From the NCBI GenBank assembly GCA_963677895.2, contig CAXXGJ010000002.1, forward strand, positions 224,001-288,000: DNA of 64,000 nucleotides, given 5' to 3'. Numbering within the stretch: position 1 is the stretch's first letter; every line of letters starts with the position of its first letter. Below, in pieces: positions 9,759-18,803 of the stretch. This DNA is from Treponemataceae bacterium. Its GTDB lineage: Bacteria > Spirochaetota > Spirochaetia > Treponematales > Rectinemataceae. The notes beneath the pieces were generated by a model. The model did no database searches. It worked only from the letters and a program-made list of their open reading frames with translations, and was not told where the DNA came from. The translations under genes were made by a program, and so were the position numbers.

Positions 9759-10520
9759 ATGTACCAGATCCACGAGCTGGCGGTCAAGGCGGGCATAACC
9801 GTCCGGACCCTCCACCATTACGACAGAATGGGCCTTCTCCACCCTTCGCGGCACAGCTCCGCAGGCTATCGCCTCTACGACGACGACGCGGCGCTGAGGC
9901 TTCAGCAAATCCTCTTCTATAGGGAGCTGGGACTGCCCCTCGCGGAGATCGGGGCTCTGCTCGACGCGCCGGACTTCGATCTGCTGTGGGCGCTCGAAAC
10001 GCACAGGGATGAACTGGGCAAGCGAATCGTTCGTCTGCAGCGGCTGTGTCGGACGGTGGACAACACGATGGCTTATCTGAAAGGAGAAAGCGGCATGGAA
10101 AAAGCGGGGATTTTTGACGGCTTCACGCCGGAGGAAGAAGAATTCTATTCTAAGGAAGCGGAAAAAATGTACGACCCGGAGACGGTGCAGGAATCCAACA
10201 GGAAATGGAAGAGCTATGGCGTCGTCGAGCAGAAGCGCATTCTCGCCGAGGGGAAGGCTATCTATCTCGACATGATCGCCGCCATGCCCAAGGGAGCCGG
10301 TTCGCCCGAAACCCAGGCCATCGTAGGGCGCTGGCGCGCGAATATGTCGCATTTCTGGACGCCCAGCCTTAATCAGTTGGTCCCTCTGGCCGAAACTTAC
10401 AGCGCCGATCCCCGATTCAAGGCCAATTTCGACGCGATGAGTCCCGATCTCGCCGAATTCATGGGTGAAGCGGTGCGGATCTATGTGGAAAGGCTGAAAA
10501 CTGGAAGCGCCGCGGGCTGA
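9759..10520 (+). CDS. MerR-family regulator with TipAS antibiotic-recognition domain (TipA/Mta-like)
   Basis: TVRTLHHYD HTH, GYRLY, LQQILFYRELG; C-terminal YSADPRF. Confidence 0.9.
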   Translation: MYQIHELAVKAGITVRTLHHYDRMGLLHPSRHSSAGYRLYDDDAALRLQQILFYRELGLPLAEIGALLDAPDFDLLWALETHRDELGKRIVRLQRLCRTVDNTMAYLKGESGMEKAGIFDGFTPEEEEFYSKEAEKMYDPETVQESNRKWKSYGVVEQKRILAEGKAIYLDMIAAMPKGAGSPETQAIVGRWRANMSHFWTPSLNQLVPLAETYSADPRFKANFDAMSPDLAEFMGEAVRIYVERLKTGSAAG

Positions 10521-10554
10521 CGCCGAGCGGCTGATGCCCAAGCGGGCGCGCCGC

Positions 10555-11352
10555 TCAGTCCGGGATTTCGAAGACTCCCTCGAGTATGTGGCGGGGTCCA
10601 TAGGCGAACTTGTCGAGGTGCTCGACGGCCGTTACGCCGGAGAGGACGAGGACCGTCTCCATGTCGGATTCGATGCCGGCGATGATGTCGGTGTCCATCC
10701 TGTCGCCGACGATGGCTGTCTCCTCGCGGGTGACGCCCAGCTTTCGGATGGCGTGGCGCATCATGAGGGGGTTGGGCTTGCCCACGAAGTAGGCTTTTCG
10801 CCCGGTGGCGAGCTCGATGGGGGCGAGGAGGGAGCCGCAGGCCGGCATGATGCCCTTTTCAGTGGGGCCCGTGAGGTCGGGATTCGTCCCGATGAGGCGC
10901 GCTCCCCCGAAGACCAGGGAGACGGCCTTCTCTATGGTATCGAGATTGTAGGACCTCGCCTCGCCCACCACGACATAGTCAGGGTTGACGTTGTTCATCG
11001 TATAGCCGGCTTCGTACAGCGCGTTGATGAGGCCGGGCTCGCCGATGGCGTAGGCCGAGCCATGCGGCCGCTGGCTCGCGAGGAATGCCGCCGTGGCGAG
11101 GGCGCTCGTGTAGAAGTGGCTCGCGTCCACCTCGATGCCGAGCCGGGCCAGCTTCTGCGATAGCTCGGCGGGCGAGCGCTCGCTTGAGTTCGTCAGAAAG
11201 AGGAATTTCTTGTCGTTCGACTTGAGCCAGGCCACGAATTCGGCGGCGCCGGTCAGGAGCCTGTTGCCATGGTAGATTACGCCGTCCATGTCGATGATGA
11301 AGGCGTTCTTGGCGCGTATTACCGCTAATTCGGCGCGCTTCGATTCGTCCAT
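10555..11352 (-). CDS. nagD: HAD-IIA family hydrolase (NagD-like)
   Basis: DMDGV, LTNSS, GKPN, GDRMDTDI. Confidence 0.88.
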   Translation of the reverse strand: MDESKRAELAVIRAKNAFIIDMDGVIYHGNRLLTGAAEFVAWLKSNDKKFLFLTNSSERSPAELSQKLARLGIEVDASHFYTSALATAAFLASQRPHGSAYAIGEPGLINALYEAGYTMNNVNPDYVVVGEARSYNLDTIEKAVSLVFGGARLIGTNPDLTGPTEKGIMPACGSLLAPIELATGRKAYFVGKPNPLMMRHAIRKLGVTREETAIVGDRMDTDIIAGIESDMETVLVLSGVTAVEHLDKFAYGPRHILEGVFEIPD

Positions 11353-11409
11353 TTTCAGCTCCTTCGTGTTGCTTGTCCTACTGATGATATATGGCGCGCC
11401 ATGGAGGGG

Positions 11410-11757
11410 TCAATCGAGGCCCCGCGCGAAGAGCTTCCACGCGGCTTCGTCGAGGCCGACGGCCGCCTGGCCCTTTCCGGCCCTGACGATGGGCGTACGC
11501 AGCAAAAGGGGGTCCCCGAGCAGCTCTTCCCGCGCGTCGTAATCCATGAAAGCGAGGCCGCGGGCCGTGGCCGCGTGACTTTTCAGGTCGACGAGGGCGG
11601 AATAGCCGCCGACGGCTCTCGCCACGTCGTCCAGCTCTCCGGGGCTCGGGGCTTTTTCCGTGATATCGCGGAACTGGATCTCGACGCCCCGCTCCTTGAA
11701 AAAGCGAAGCGCCTTCTGGGTGTCCTTGCATTTTTTCGTGCCGAATACCTGTATCAT
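11410..11757 (-). CDS. ArsC/Spx/YffB-family protein
   Basis: CKDTQKALRF and PLLLRTPIV motifs. Confidence 0.85.
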   Translation of the reverse strand: MIQVFGTKKCKDTQKALRFFKERGVEIQFRDITEKAPSPGELDDVARAVGGYSALVDLKSHAATARGLAFMDYDAREELLGDPLLLRTPIVRAGKGQAAVGLDEAAWKLFARGLD

Positions 11758-11822
11758 GAGCGCCTCCTTCCGAGTCGATACTACCTGATTCCGGCGAACG
11801 GCGACAGGGTGTCGGCGACAGG

Positions 11823-11851
11823 TTGACAGTCCCGGCGGGCACGCTTATAGT
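11823..11851 (+). promoter_or_regulatory. sigma70 promoter of the cobalamin operon
   Basis: TTGACA-17nt-TATAGT directly upstream of the riboswitch. Confidence 0.8.
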
Positions 11852-11854
11852 TTA

Positions 11855-12016
11855 GGCGTTGCGGCGCCATATGGCTTAATCGGGAAGTCGGTGAAAGACC
11901 GGCACGCCCCCAGGCACTGTAAGGAAGCTTAAAACCCTGTTCACGGCCACTGCGAAAGTGGGAAGGCCGGGAACCGAGCGAGGGATGCTTCCGAGTCAGG
12001 AGACCGACCGCACAGC
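11855..12016 (+). ncRNA. Cobalamin (B12) riboswitch
   Basis: AATCGGGAAGTCGGTGAAAGACCGGCAC, CACTGTAA, GCCACTG..TGGGAAGGC, B12 box GAGTCAGGAGACC; upstream of cob/btu genes. Confidence 0.93.
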
Positions 12017-12117
12017 TGCGTCGTGCGCGCGGATATCGCGATTATTCACTGGGTGTTGAATAATGAAGGTTGCCATTTCCCTCATTCCCCCCAAAGATCC
12101 AGTGTCCTCTCTCGCCT

Positions 12118-13686
12118 GTGGCCGCTAAAGCCATAATGGTGCAGGGCACCGCTTCCTCCGTCGGCAAAAGCCTCATTGCCGCGGCCCTCTGCCGCATTTT
12201 CGCGCGCTCGGGTCTCCTTGTCATGCCCTTCAAGGCGCAGAACATGTCCAACAACGCGGCAGCCCTTCCCGACGGTTCGGAAATAGGCAGGGCGCAGTAT
12301 CTTCAGGCCTTGGCCGCGCGCGTGGAGCCCCGGGTGGAGATGAATCCCGTCCTCCTCAAGCCTGAAAGCGACTCGAGATCCCAGGTAATCCTGATGGGAA
12401 AGCCCTACGAGACGCTCGGCGCCGTCCATTACTACGAAAGGAAGGCGCTGCTCTGGAAATCCGTCTTGAGCGCCTGCGCGACCTTGAGCGCCGAGGCCGA
12501 TCTTCTCGTCATCGAAGGGGCGGGGAGCCCCGCCGAGATCAACCTGGCTTCCTCCGACATCGTCAACATGGCCGTCGCGCGCCATCTGGGCTCGCCGGTG
12601 ATCCTGGTGGCGGACATCGATCCGGGCGGGGTTTTCGCCCAGGTGGTGGGAACGCTGGCCCTTCTTTCCGATGAGGACAGGGCTCTTGTCCGCGGCATCG
12701 TCATCAATAAGTTCAGGGGCGACCTAAGTCTTCTGGAGCCGGGCCTCGGCATGCTCGAGAGGCTGACGGGACTGCCCGTGCTCGGGGTAGTGCCCATGCT
12801 CAGGGGCCTGGCGCTTCCCGACGAGGATGGCGCGTCCATTCGGGTGCGGGGGGCGGCTGGCGGGGAGGCCGGCCCCTGCGGCTACGATGCCGGAGCCGCG
12901 GCTTTCCTGGACATAGCCGTGATAAAGCTGCCCCATATCGCCAATTTCGACGCGCTCGCCTCGGAGCCTTCCGTGGCGCTCCGTTTCGTGGAGGACGCGG
13001 GCGACCTGGGCCGGCCCGACGTCATCATCCTGCCGGGCACGAAATCGACCATGGCTGACCTTTCCTGGCTCAAAAGCCAGGGATTCGACGACGGGATACG
13101 CTGGCTCGCGAGGACAGGGAGTTCCGTCGTGGGGATTTGCGGCGGCTTCCAGATGCTGGGCGAGTCTATCGAGGACCCAGAGCGCGTCGAGGGGCAGGGC
13201 GGGTCGGCCAAGGGCCTGGGGCTCCTGCGCGCTTCCACCGTCTTCGGGGCGGACAAGAAGGTTTCGCCTCGGCGCGGGCATACGGCCGCCGCGCTTGGCG
13301 GGAAGCTCGCTTCCCTCGCGGGCATCGAACTCGAAGGCTACGAGATCCACAGCGGCGAGACGAAGGTGGATGGCCCGGCCTTCGCCCTGCTCGAACCGGA
13401 TGGCCGCGAGGGCTCGGGAGCGGCGGCGACAGCCGACGGCGCCTGGTCGCCGGACGGGGCTGTCTGGGGAACTTATCTGCACGACATTTTCAGCGCCGAC
13501 GAGTTCAGGAAAGCCTGGCTCGCCAGCTTCGGCGCGGCAGCTCGGCGGGAGAGCAGGAAGGCCGAACTCGACGCTTCCATAGAGGCTTTGGCCGACGCGG
13601 TGGAAGCGTCGCTCGACATGGACAGGCTTCGCGAAATAATCGGAATAAGCGGCATTCAGCCGATTGGAAAAGGAGTACGCATATGA
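12118..13686 (+). CDS. cobQ: Cobyric acid synthase (start uncertain, 12070-12136)
   Basis: MVQGTASSVGKS, PFKAQNMSNN, EGAGSPAEIN, GICGGFQMLG, GYEIH. Confidence 0.92.
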   Translation: MAAKAIMVQGTASSVGKSLIAAALCRIFARSGLLVMPFKAQNMSNNAAALPDGSEIGRAQYLQALAARVEPRVEMNPVLLKPESDSRSQVILMGKPYETLGAVHYYERKALLWKSVLSACATLSAEADLLVIEGAGSPAEINLASSDIVNMAVARHLGSPVILVADIDPGGVFAQVVGTLALLSDEDRALVRGIVINKFRGDLSLLEPGLGMLERLTGLPVLGVVPMLRGLALPDEDGASIRVRGAAGGEAGPCGYDAGAAAFLDIAVIKLPHIANFDALASEPSVALRFVEDAGDLGRPDVIILPGTKSTMADLSWLKSQGFDDGIRWLARTGSSVVGICGGFQMLGESIEDPERVEGQGGSAKGLGLLRASTVFGADKKVSPRRGHTAAALGGKLASLAGIELEGYEIHSGETKVDGPAFALLEPDGREGSGAAATADGAWSPDGAVWGTYLHDIFSADEFRKAWLASFGAAARRESRKAELDASIEALADAVEASLDMDRLREIIGISGIQPIGKGVRI

Positions 13687-14741
13687 CAAAGCTCGAGGCG
13701 ACACTCGACAACATCATCGAAACGGACAAGAAGGCCGAAGAAGCCGCGAGGACGAGGCAGGCCGCGTTGACCAAGCCTGCGGGAAGCCTGGGCGATCTCG
13801 AGGAACTCTCGATCCGCATCGCGGGCATCCAGCGCAGGGCCGATCCTGTCGTGGATCCGGGAGCCATCTTCGTAATGGCCGGCGACCATGGGGTCTGCAG
13901 GGAAGGCGTGAGCGCCTATCCCTCGGAGGTGACACCCGAAATGGTCCTCAACTTCGTGGCGGGCGGCGCCGCTATCAATGTGCTCGGCAGGCACGCGGGC
14001 GCGCGTGTCGTCGTCACCGATGTGGGCGTGGCCTACGATTTCGACAAAAGTATCCCCATCTACCATAAAAAGATCGCCAAAGGAACGAAGAACCTGGCGG
14101 CCGAAAACGCGATGAGCCGCGAGGAAGCCGTCCGGAGCCTCGAAGTCGGCATCGAGGTATTCGAAGCCGAGTTGAAGGCCAAGCCCTTCGGCATATCAGC
14201 CACGGGCGACATGGGAATCGGCAACACGACGGCATCGACGGCGATGGCTTCCGTGTTCACAGGCCACAGCGTGCGGATGCTCGTAGGCAGGGGAACGGGC
14301 ATCGACGACGCGGCGCTCGAGCGCAAGATCGGCATCATCGAAAAGGCGCTGGCGCTGCACAAACCCGAGGGCGCCGATCCTATCGGCGTACTTTCCAAGG
14401 TGGGCGGCTACGAGATCGGCGCCCTCGCCGGTGTCATTCTCGCCTCGGCGGCCCATCAGGTTCCCGTTCTCGTCGACGGCTATATTTCCGGCGCGGCGGC
14501 CCTCCTTGCCCAGGCGATTTCGCCATTGTCGGCCAAGTATATGATCGGGACGCACGTCTCGGGCGATTCCGGCCACGGCCTCATGCTCGATTTCCTTGGA
14601 CTCAAGCCCCTTCTCAGGTTGGGAATGAGACTCGGGGAGGGGACAGGCGCCGCCCTCGCCATGCTGATCTGCTCGGGCGCCTGCAAGATCCTGAACGAAA
14701 TGGCCACCTTCGAGTCGGCCGGAGTGAGCGGAAAAGAATGA
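13683..14741 (+). CDS. cobT: Nicotinate-nucleotide--dimethylbenzimidazole phosphoribosyltransferase
   Basis: LTKPAGSLGDLE, AGDHGV, GDMGIGNTT, MRLGEGTGA; ATGA overlap with cobQ. Confidence 0.95.
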   Translation: MTKLEATLDNIIETDKKAEEAARTRQAALTKPAGSLGDLEELSIRIAGIQRRADPVVDPGAIFVMAGDHGVCREGVSAYPSEVTPEMVLNFVAGGAAINVLGRHAGARVVVTDVGVAYDFDKSIPIYHKKIAKGTKNLAAENAMSREEAVRSLEVGIEVFEAELKAKPFGISATGDMGIGNTTASTAMASVFTGHSVRMLVGRGTGIDDAALERKIGIIEKALALHKPEGADPIGVLSKVGGYEIGALAGVILASAAHQVPVLVDGYISGAAALLAQAISPLSAKYMIGTHVSGDSGHGLMLDFLGLKPLLRLGMRLGEGTGAALAMLICSGACKILNEMATFESAGVSGKE

Positions 14742-15637
14742 AAAAGCTGATATTGATTGGCGCGGCGCTCTGTTGCGCCGCGACTATTGCCTTCGGCCAG
14801 GGGAATACCCAGGTCCAGGCCGTCGATTTTCTGGGGAAGACTATCGTACTGGCTAAGCCGGCCCAGCGCGTGGTATCCCTCGCGCCGGCGTCCACGGAAG
14901 TGCTTTTCGCGGTGGGCGCCAATGTCGTCGGCGATACGACCTACTGCATCTATCCGCCCGAGGCGCAGAATGTCGCCAAGATCGGCGGATTTTCCGCGAA
15001 ATCCATGTCCATCGAGAAAATTCTCTCGCTGAAGCCCGACCTCGTCGTCAGCACGGGCTCGATCCACGCCTCGGTGACGGACGAGCTGGCGCGTTACGGC
15101 ATCCCGAGCTTCGCGTATTCGCCGAGCGGCTTCGACGAGATAGCGGCCGGAATTCTCGCGATAGGGAAACTGACGGGCGGGCGGGAAAAAGCCGCCCTCG
15201 TTGCTTCCGCGATGCTGGATAAGATCGAAAAAGTGCGGAAGACGGTCGCTACGATTCCCGCCAGCCAGCGCCTGAGCGTTTTCTGGGAAGTGTACGACGA
15301 GCCCCTCATGACCTGCGGTTCGGACACCTTTCAGCACGCCATCGTGGAGGCTGCTGGCGGCGTGGATATCTTCTCCGATCTGAAGGGCTCTTGGCCCAGA
15401 GTCAGTTCCGAGGAAGTGATCAAGCGCGCCCCGCAGGCGATCATGGGCGCCGACGATCACGGCGACAAGTTGACGCTGAAAGCCGTATCGGCCAGGCCGG
15501 GCTGGAATCTCATTCCGGCGGTGGTTTCCGGAAAAGTCCTGCTTCTGCCGACCTATCTCGTATCGGGCCCCGGTCCGCGCATTGCCGATGGCGTCCTTCT
15601 CGCCGCCAAGGCCCTCTATCCGAGATATTTTCCATGA
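14738..15637 (+). CDS. btuF: Cobalamin ABC transporter substrate-binding protein
   Basis: Signal peptide; RVVSLAPASTE, EKILSLKPDLV, PGPR; operon context. Confidence 0.85.
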   Translation: MKKLILIGAALCCAATIAFGQGNTQVQAVDFLGKTIVLAKPAQRVVSLAPASTEVLFAVGANVVGDTTYCIYPPEAQNVAKIGGFSAKSMSIEKILSLKPDLVVSTGSIHASVTDELARYGIPSFAYSPSGFDEIAAGILAIGKLTGGREKAALVASAMLDKIEKVRKTVATIPASQRLSVFWEVYDEPLMTCGSDTFQHAIVEAAGGVDIFSDLKGSWPRVSSEEVIKRAPQAIMGADDHGDKLTLKAVSARPGWNLIPAVVSGKVLLLPTYLVSGPGPRIADGVLLAAKALYPRYFP

Positions 15638-16656
15638 AGAAAGTCCTTCTCGCGATAGCTTTGTCCGCGGGCGCCCTGATCGCCCTCGTGGGCAGCCTCT
15701 GCCTCGGCTCGGTGGCCCTCACGCCGGGTCAGATTTTCGCTGTCCTCGGCGCCAAGCTATTCGGGATCGTTTCTAACGTGGACGAGGTGACGCTCGTCAT
15801 CGTCTGGCAACTACGCCTCGCGCGGACCCTTCTCGCCGGCGTGGCTGGGGCGGCCCTCGGCGTCTCCGGCGCCGTCCTCCAGGGCCTTTTCAGGAATCCT
15901 CTCGCCGACCCCTACTCCCTCGGCGTCTCCTCGGGCGCCTCCCTCGGAGCCGTGGCCGCCATAGCCCTCGGCGCGAAGATCGGCCTCGATTTTCCCGGGG
16001 CCACCGAGGCGGCCGCCTTCGTAGGCGCCGTCGTCTCGGCCGTCATCGTCTATGCCGTGGCCACCGTCAACCGGCGGACCGCCCCGACCGCCGCCCTCCT
16101 CCTGGCGGGGACGGCGGTCGGCTCCTTCCTCTCGGCCATCGTCTCCCTCATCGTGTCGGTCAACGACAAGGACCTCCACGCCGTGTTTTTCTGGATGCTC
16201 GGAGGCTTCGGCGGCAAAGGCTGGTCAGAACTGGGCACAGCCTTCCCGGCCGCGCTCGTCGCGATCGTGGCGGCCCTGATTCTCGCCCGCCCGCTCGACA
16301 TCCTCGGCGCGGGGGAAGAAGCCGCCGGAATCCTGGGCCTCAACGTGGGCCTCCTGCGCGCCCTCGCCGTGGCGGTCGCCTCCCTGGGCGCGGCATCGGC
16401 CGTGGCGGCCGGCGGCGTCATCGGCTTCGTCGGCCTCTTGGGCCCGCATTTCGCGAGGCTTCTCGTCGGTTCGCTCCATAAAAGGCTCATCCCCATCTCG
16501 GCCGCCACGGGAGCCATCCTCCTCATGCTGGCCGATGCCGTGGCGCGCTCGGTGATGGCCCCTCTGGAACTGCCCGTCGGCGTCGTCACGGCCTTGCTGG
16601 GAGCCCCGCTTTTCCTGAAGCTCCTCGCCACCTCGCGGGAGGGCAAGGCCCTATGA
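15634..16656 (+). CDS. btuC: Cobalamin ABC transporter permease
   Basis: QGLFRNPLADPYSLGVSSGA, IGFVGL, ELPVGVVTALLGAP. Confidence 0.9.
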   Translation: MKKVLLAIALSAGALIALVGSLCLGSVALTPGQIFAVLGAKLFGIVSNVDEVTLVIVWQLRLARTLLAGVAGAALGVSGAVLQGLFRNPLADPYSLGVSSGASLGAVAAIALGAKIGLDFPGATEAAAFVGAVVSAVIVYAVATVNRRTAPTAALLLAGTAVGSFLSAIVSLIVSVNDKDLHAVFFWMLGGFGGKGWSELGTAFPAALVAIVAALILARPLDILGAGEEAAGILGLNVGLLRALAVAVASLGAASAVAAGGVIGFVGLLGPHFARLLVGSLHKRLIPISAATGAILLMLADAVARSVMAPLELPVGVVTALLGAPLFLKLLATSREGKAL

Positions 16657-17526
16657 TAGCGACACCCATCCTCACCGCCGAAGGACTGACCGTCGGCTAC
16701 CGGCCCAAATCCTTCATCCTCCACGATATCTCCATCCATCTTGACCGGGGGGAAGATCCTCGCCGTCATCGGCCCGAACGGCGCCGGCAAGACCACCCTG
16801 TTCAAGGCGCTCTCGGGCGAGCTGCCGGTTACCATCGGAAAAGTAAGGCTTTTCATGGAAGGGAAACATTCGGCCTCCCGCGTCGAGATCCACCGGTTGT
16901 CGTCGCGCAGAAGAGCGCTCCATGTGGCGCGGGTCCTGCAGAACGAACAGCCAGCCTGGGCCGTTCCCGTGGATTCCTATGTCGAAGCGGGGTTCTTCGC
17001 CAGGGAAGGCTGGTTCGGGCGCGATTCGGGCGGAAGGAAGGCGATGGTGCGGCGAAGCCTGGAGCGTCTGGGCATCGGCGACCTCGGCTCTCGCCTCGTG
17101 ACCGAACTGTCGGGCGGGGAATTCAGGAGGGTCGTGATCGCCAGGGCTCTCGCGCAAGATCCCGACGTCCTCCTCCTGGACGAACCCACGGCCGACCTCG
17201 ACATGGCCCATCAGATGGAAACCTTGGAAATCATGCGGGATCTGGCCCGTTCCGGAAAGGCGGTGGCCTTTTCCGTCCACGATCTCAACCAAGCGGCCAT
17301 GGCCGCCGATGAGATACTTCTCCTGGTGGAGGGAAGGGTGGCGGCCCTCGGCAGCCCCGAACTCGTCCTGACGCCCGAGATCATCGAAAAAGCCTACGGC
17401 GCCAGGGTGATCGTGAAAAACCACCCCACCGTCGCGGTGCCCCATATCATCCTCGACCCGCCGTGGCTGCACGCGCCGCGGTTACCCACGTCCCGCGACG
17501 AGGGATCCGAAGGAGAAGGCAGATGA
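16653..17526 (+). pseudogene. btuD: Cobalamin ABC ATPase, frameshifted near 16750 (pseudogene or sequencing error)
   Basis: N-terminus MIATPILTAEGLTVGY..SIHLDRG is in one frame; ILAVIGPNGAGKT..LSGGE..LLDEPT is in the +1 frame; junction at G6 run 16747-16752. Confidence 0.8.
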
Positions 17527-18056
17527 AGCGCGGCTATGTCCAGGTATACACGGGAAACGGCAAAGGCAAGACGACGGCCGCCCTGGGACTCTGCATGCGC
17601 GCCCTCGGCGCCGGGCTCTCCATCTACATAGGCCAGTTCATCAAGGGAATGAAATACTCGGAAATCGTCACGCTCGAAAAGCTCTCCGCGCTTCTGGGCG
17701 CGGAAAGGCTCGTCGTCGAGCAGTACGGACGGGGCTGTTTCATCTTCCGCGAACCCCAACCGGAGGATCTGGCGGCCGCCCGCGAAGGACTCGAAAAAGC
17801 CATGGCGGCGATGCGTTCCGGAAAATTCGACCTCGTTATCCTGGACGAAATCAACGTGGCTTCGCGCTTCGGCTTCGTCACCGAAGGAGATTTCGCCTCG
17901 CTTCTCGACGCCCGCCCCGGGAACGTCGAGTTGGTGCTGACCGGCCGCTATGCTCCCGAGTATCTCCTCGCGCGCGCCGACCTCGTCACCGAGATGAAGG
18001 ACATCCGCCACTACTACGCCGCCGGCGTCGAGGCGAGGGACGGGATAGAGCGCTGA
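17523..18056 (+). CDS. cobO: Corrinoid adenosyltransferase (CobO/BtuR type)
   Basis: VYTGNGKGKTTAALG, QFIKG, ILDEI, LVLTGR, ADLVTEM. Confidence 0.93.
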   Translation: MKRGYVQVYTGNGKGKTTAALGLCMRALGAGLSIYIGQFIKGMKYSEIVTLEKLSALLGAERLVVEQYGRGCFIFREPQPEDLAAAREGLEKAMAAMRSGKFDLVILDEINVASRFGFVTEGDFASLLDARPGNVELVLTGRYAPEYLLARADLVTEMKDIRHYYAAGVEARDGIER

Positions 18057-18160
18057 GGCTCCGGCGACGCCGCCGCGCTCCGGTAGCCGCGCCCAGCGGC
18101 GAGCATCCGGCGCCGCCGCGCCCTATTTGCCGCCATCGCCGCGGCGCCTCCGCGCCGACA

Positions 18161-18194
18161 TTGACAACCTTCTAGGCTGAATATATAGTTCAGC
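18161..18194 (+). promoter_or_regulatory. sigma70 promoter overlapped by a palindromic operator
   Basis: TTGACA-17nt-TATAGT; dyad GCTGAA-N7-TTCAGC spans the -10. Confidence 0.75.
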
Positions 18195-18222
18195 AACTTA
18201 AGTTATACTTAAGAAGGTGGCC

Positions 18223-18801
18223 ATGAAGTATAAATTCGGCGAAAAAATCCGAAACGTGAGGGACCGGCGCGGCCTCACGCTCAAGGAAGTGGCGGAAAAG
18301 GCCGGGATCAGCGAAAGCATGGTCTCCCAGATCGAACGCAATCGGGTTTCTCCCGCCATAGACACCCTGCTGGCCCTCGCCGACGCCCTGGATATAGACC
18401 TCGAATACCTCTTCTCCGACTATAGGCGCGAAAGATCGGTGCAGATCGTCAAGGCGGCGGACCGATCGACCCTCGCCAAACCGGGCATCCTCTACGAGCG
18501 CTTAGCCCAGCTCGAAGGCATAATGCCGGGTATCGACGGCATAGAAGCCTACGAGATCAGCCTGGAACCGGGCGCGCAGACCGGAAGCGACGAATACGGC
18601 CATAAGGGCTCGGAGCTCGGCCTCGTCGTGGAAGGCCGCGCCGAACTCGTCATCGGAAAAGAAACCTACAGCCTCGAGAAGGGCGATTCGGCCGGCTTCG
18701 CTTCCGATTTCCCCCACATTCTCCGCAACACGAGCCAGAAACCGCTTCGCGTATTCTGGGTCATAACCCCGCCCAAAAACGAAATATCCAAGAGGAGCTG
18801 A
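18223..18801 (+). CDS. XRE-family HTH regulator with cupin domain
   Basis: LTLKEVAEKAGISESMVSQIERN HTH; cupin HKGSE..PH. Confidence 0.9.
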   Translation: MKYKFGEKIRNVRDRRGLTLKEVAEKAGISESMVSQIERNRVSPAIDTLLALADALDIDLEYLFSDYRRERSVQIVKAADRSTLAKPGILYERLAQLEGIMPGIDGIEAYEISLEPGAQTGSDEYGHKGSELGLVVEGRAELVIGKETYSLEKGDSAGFASDFPHILRNTSQKPLRVFWVITPPKNEISKRS

Positions 18802-18803
18802 TT

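Noticed and set aside
13137..17522. Long N-terminal extensions of cobT (13137), btuC (15391) and cobO (17463) in the ORF track
   Set aside because: They overlap real upstream genes. The true starts sit at ATGA overlaps, and open shadow frames are common at high GC.
18057..18160. GC-rich intergenic stretch as a REP/MITE element
   Set aside because: Only short degenerate CCGCCGCG echoes, with no clear second copy or terminal inverted repeats in the window.
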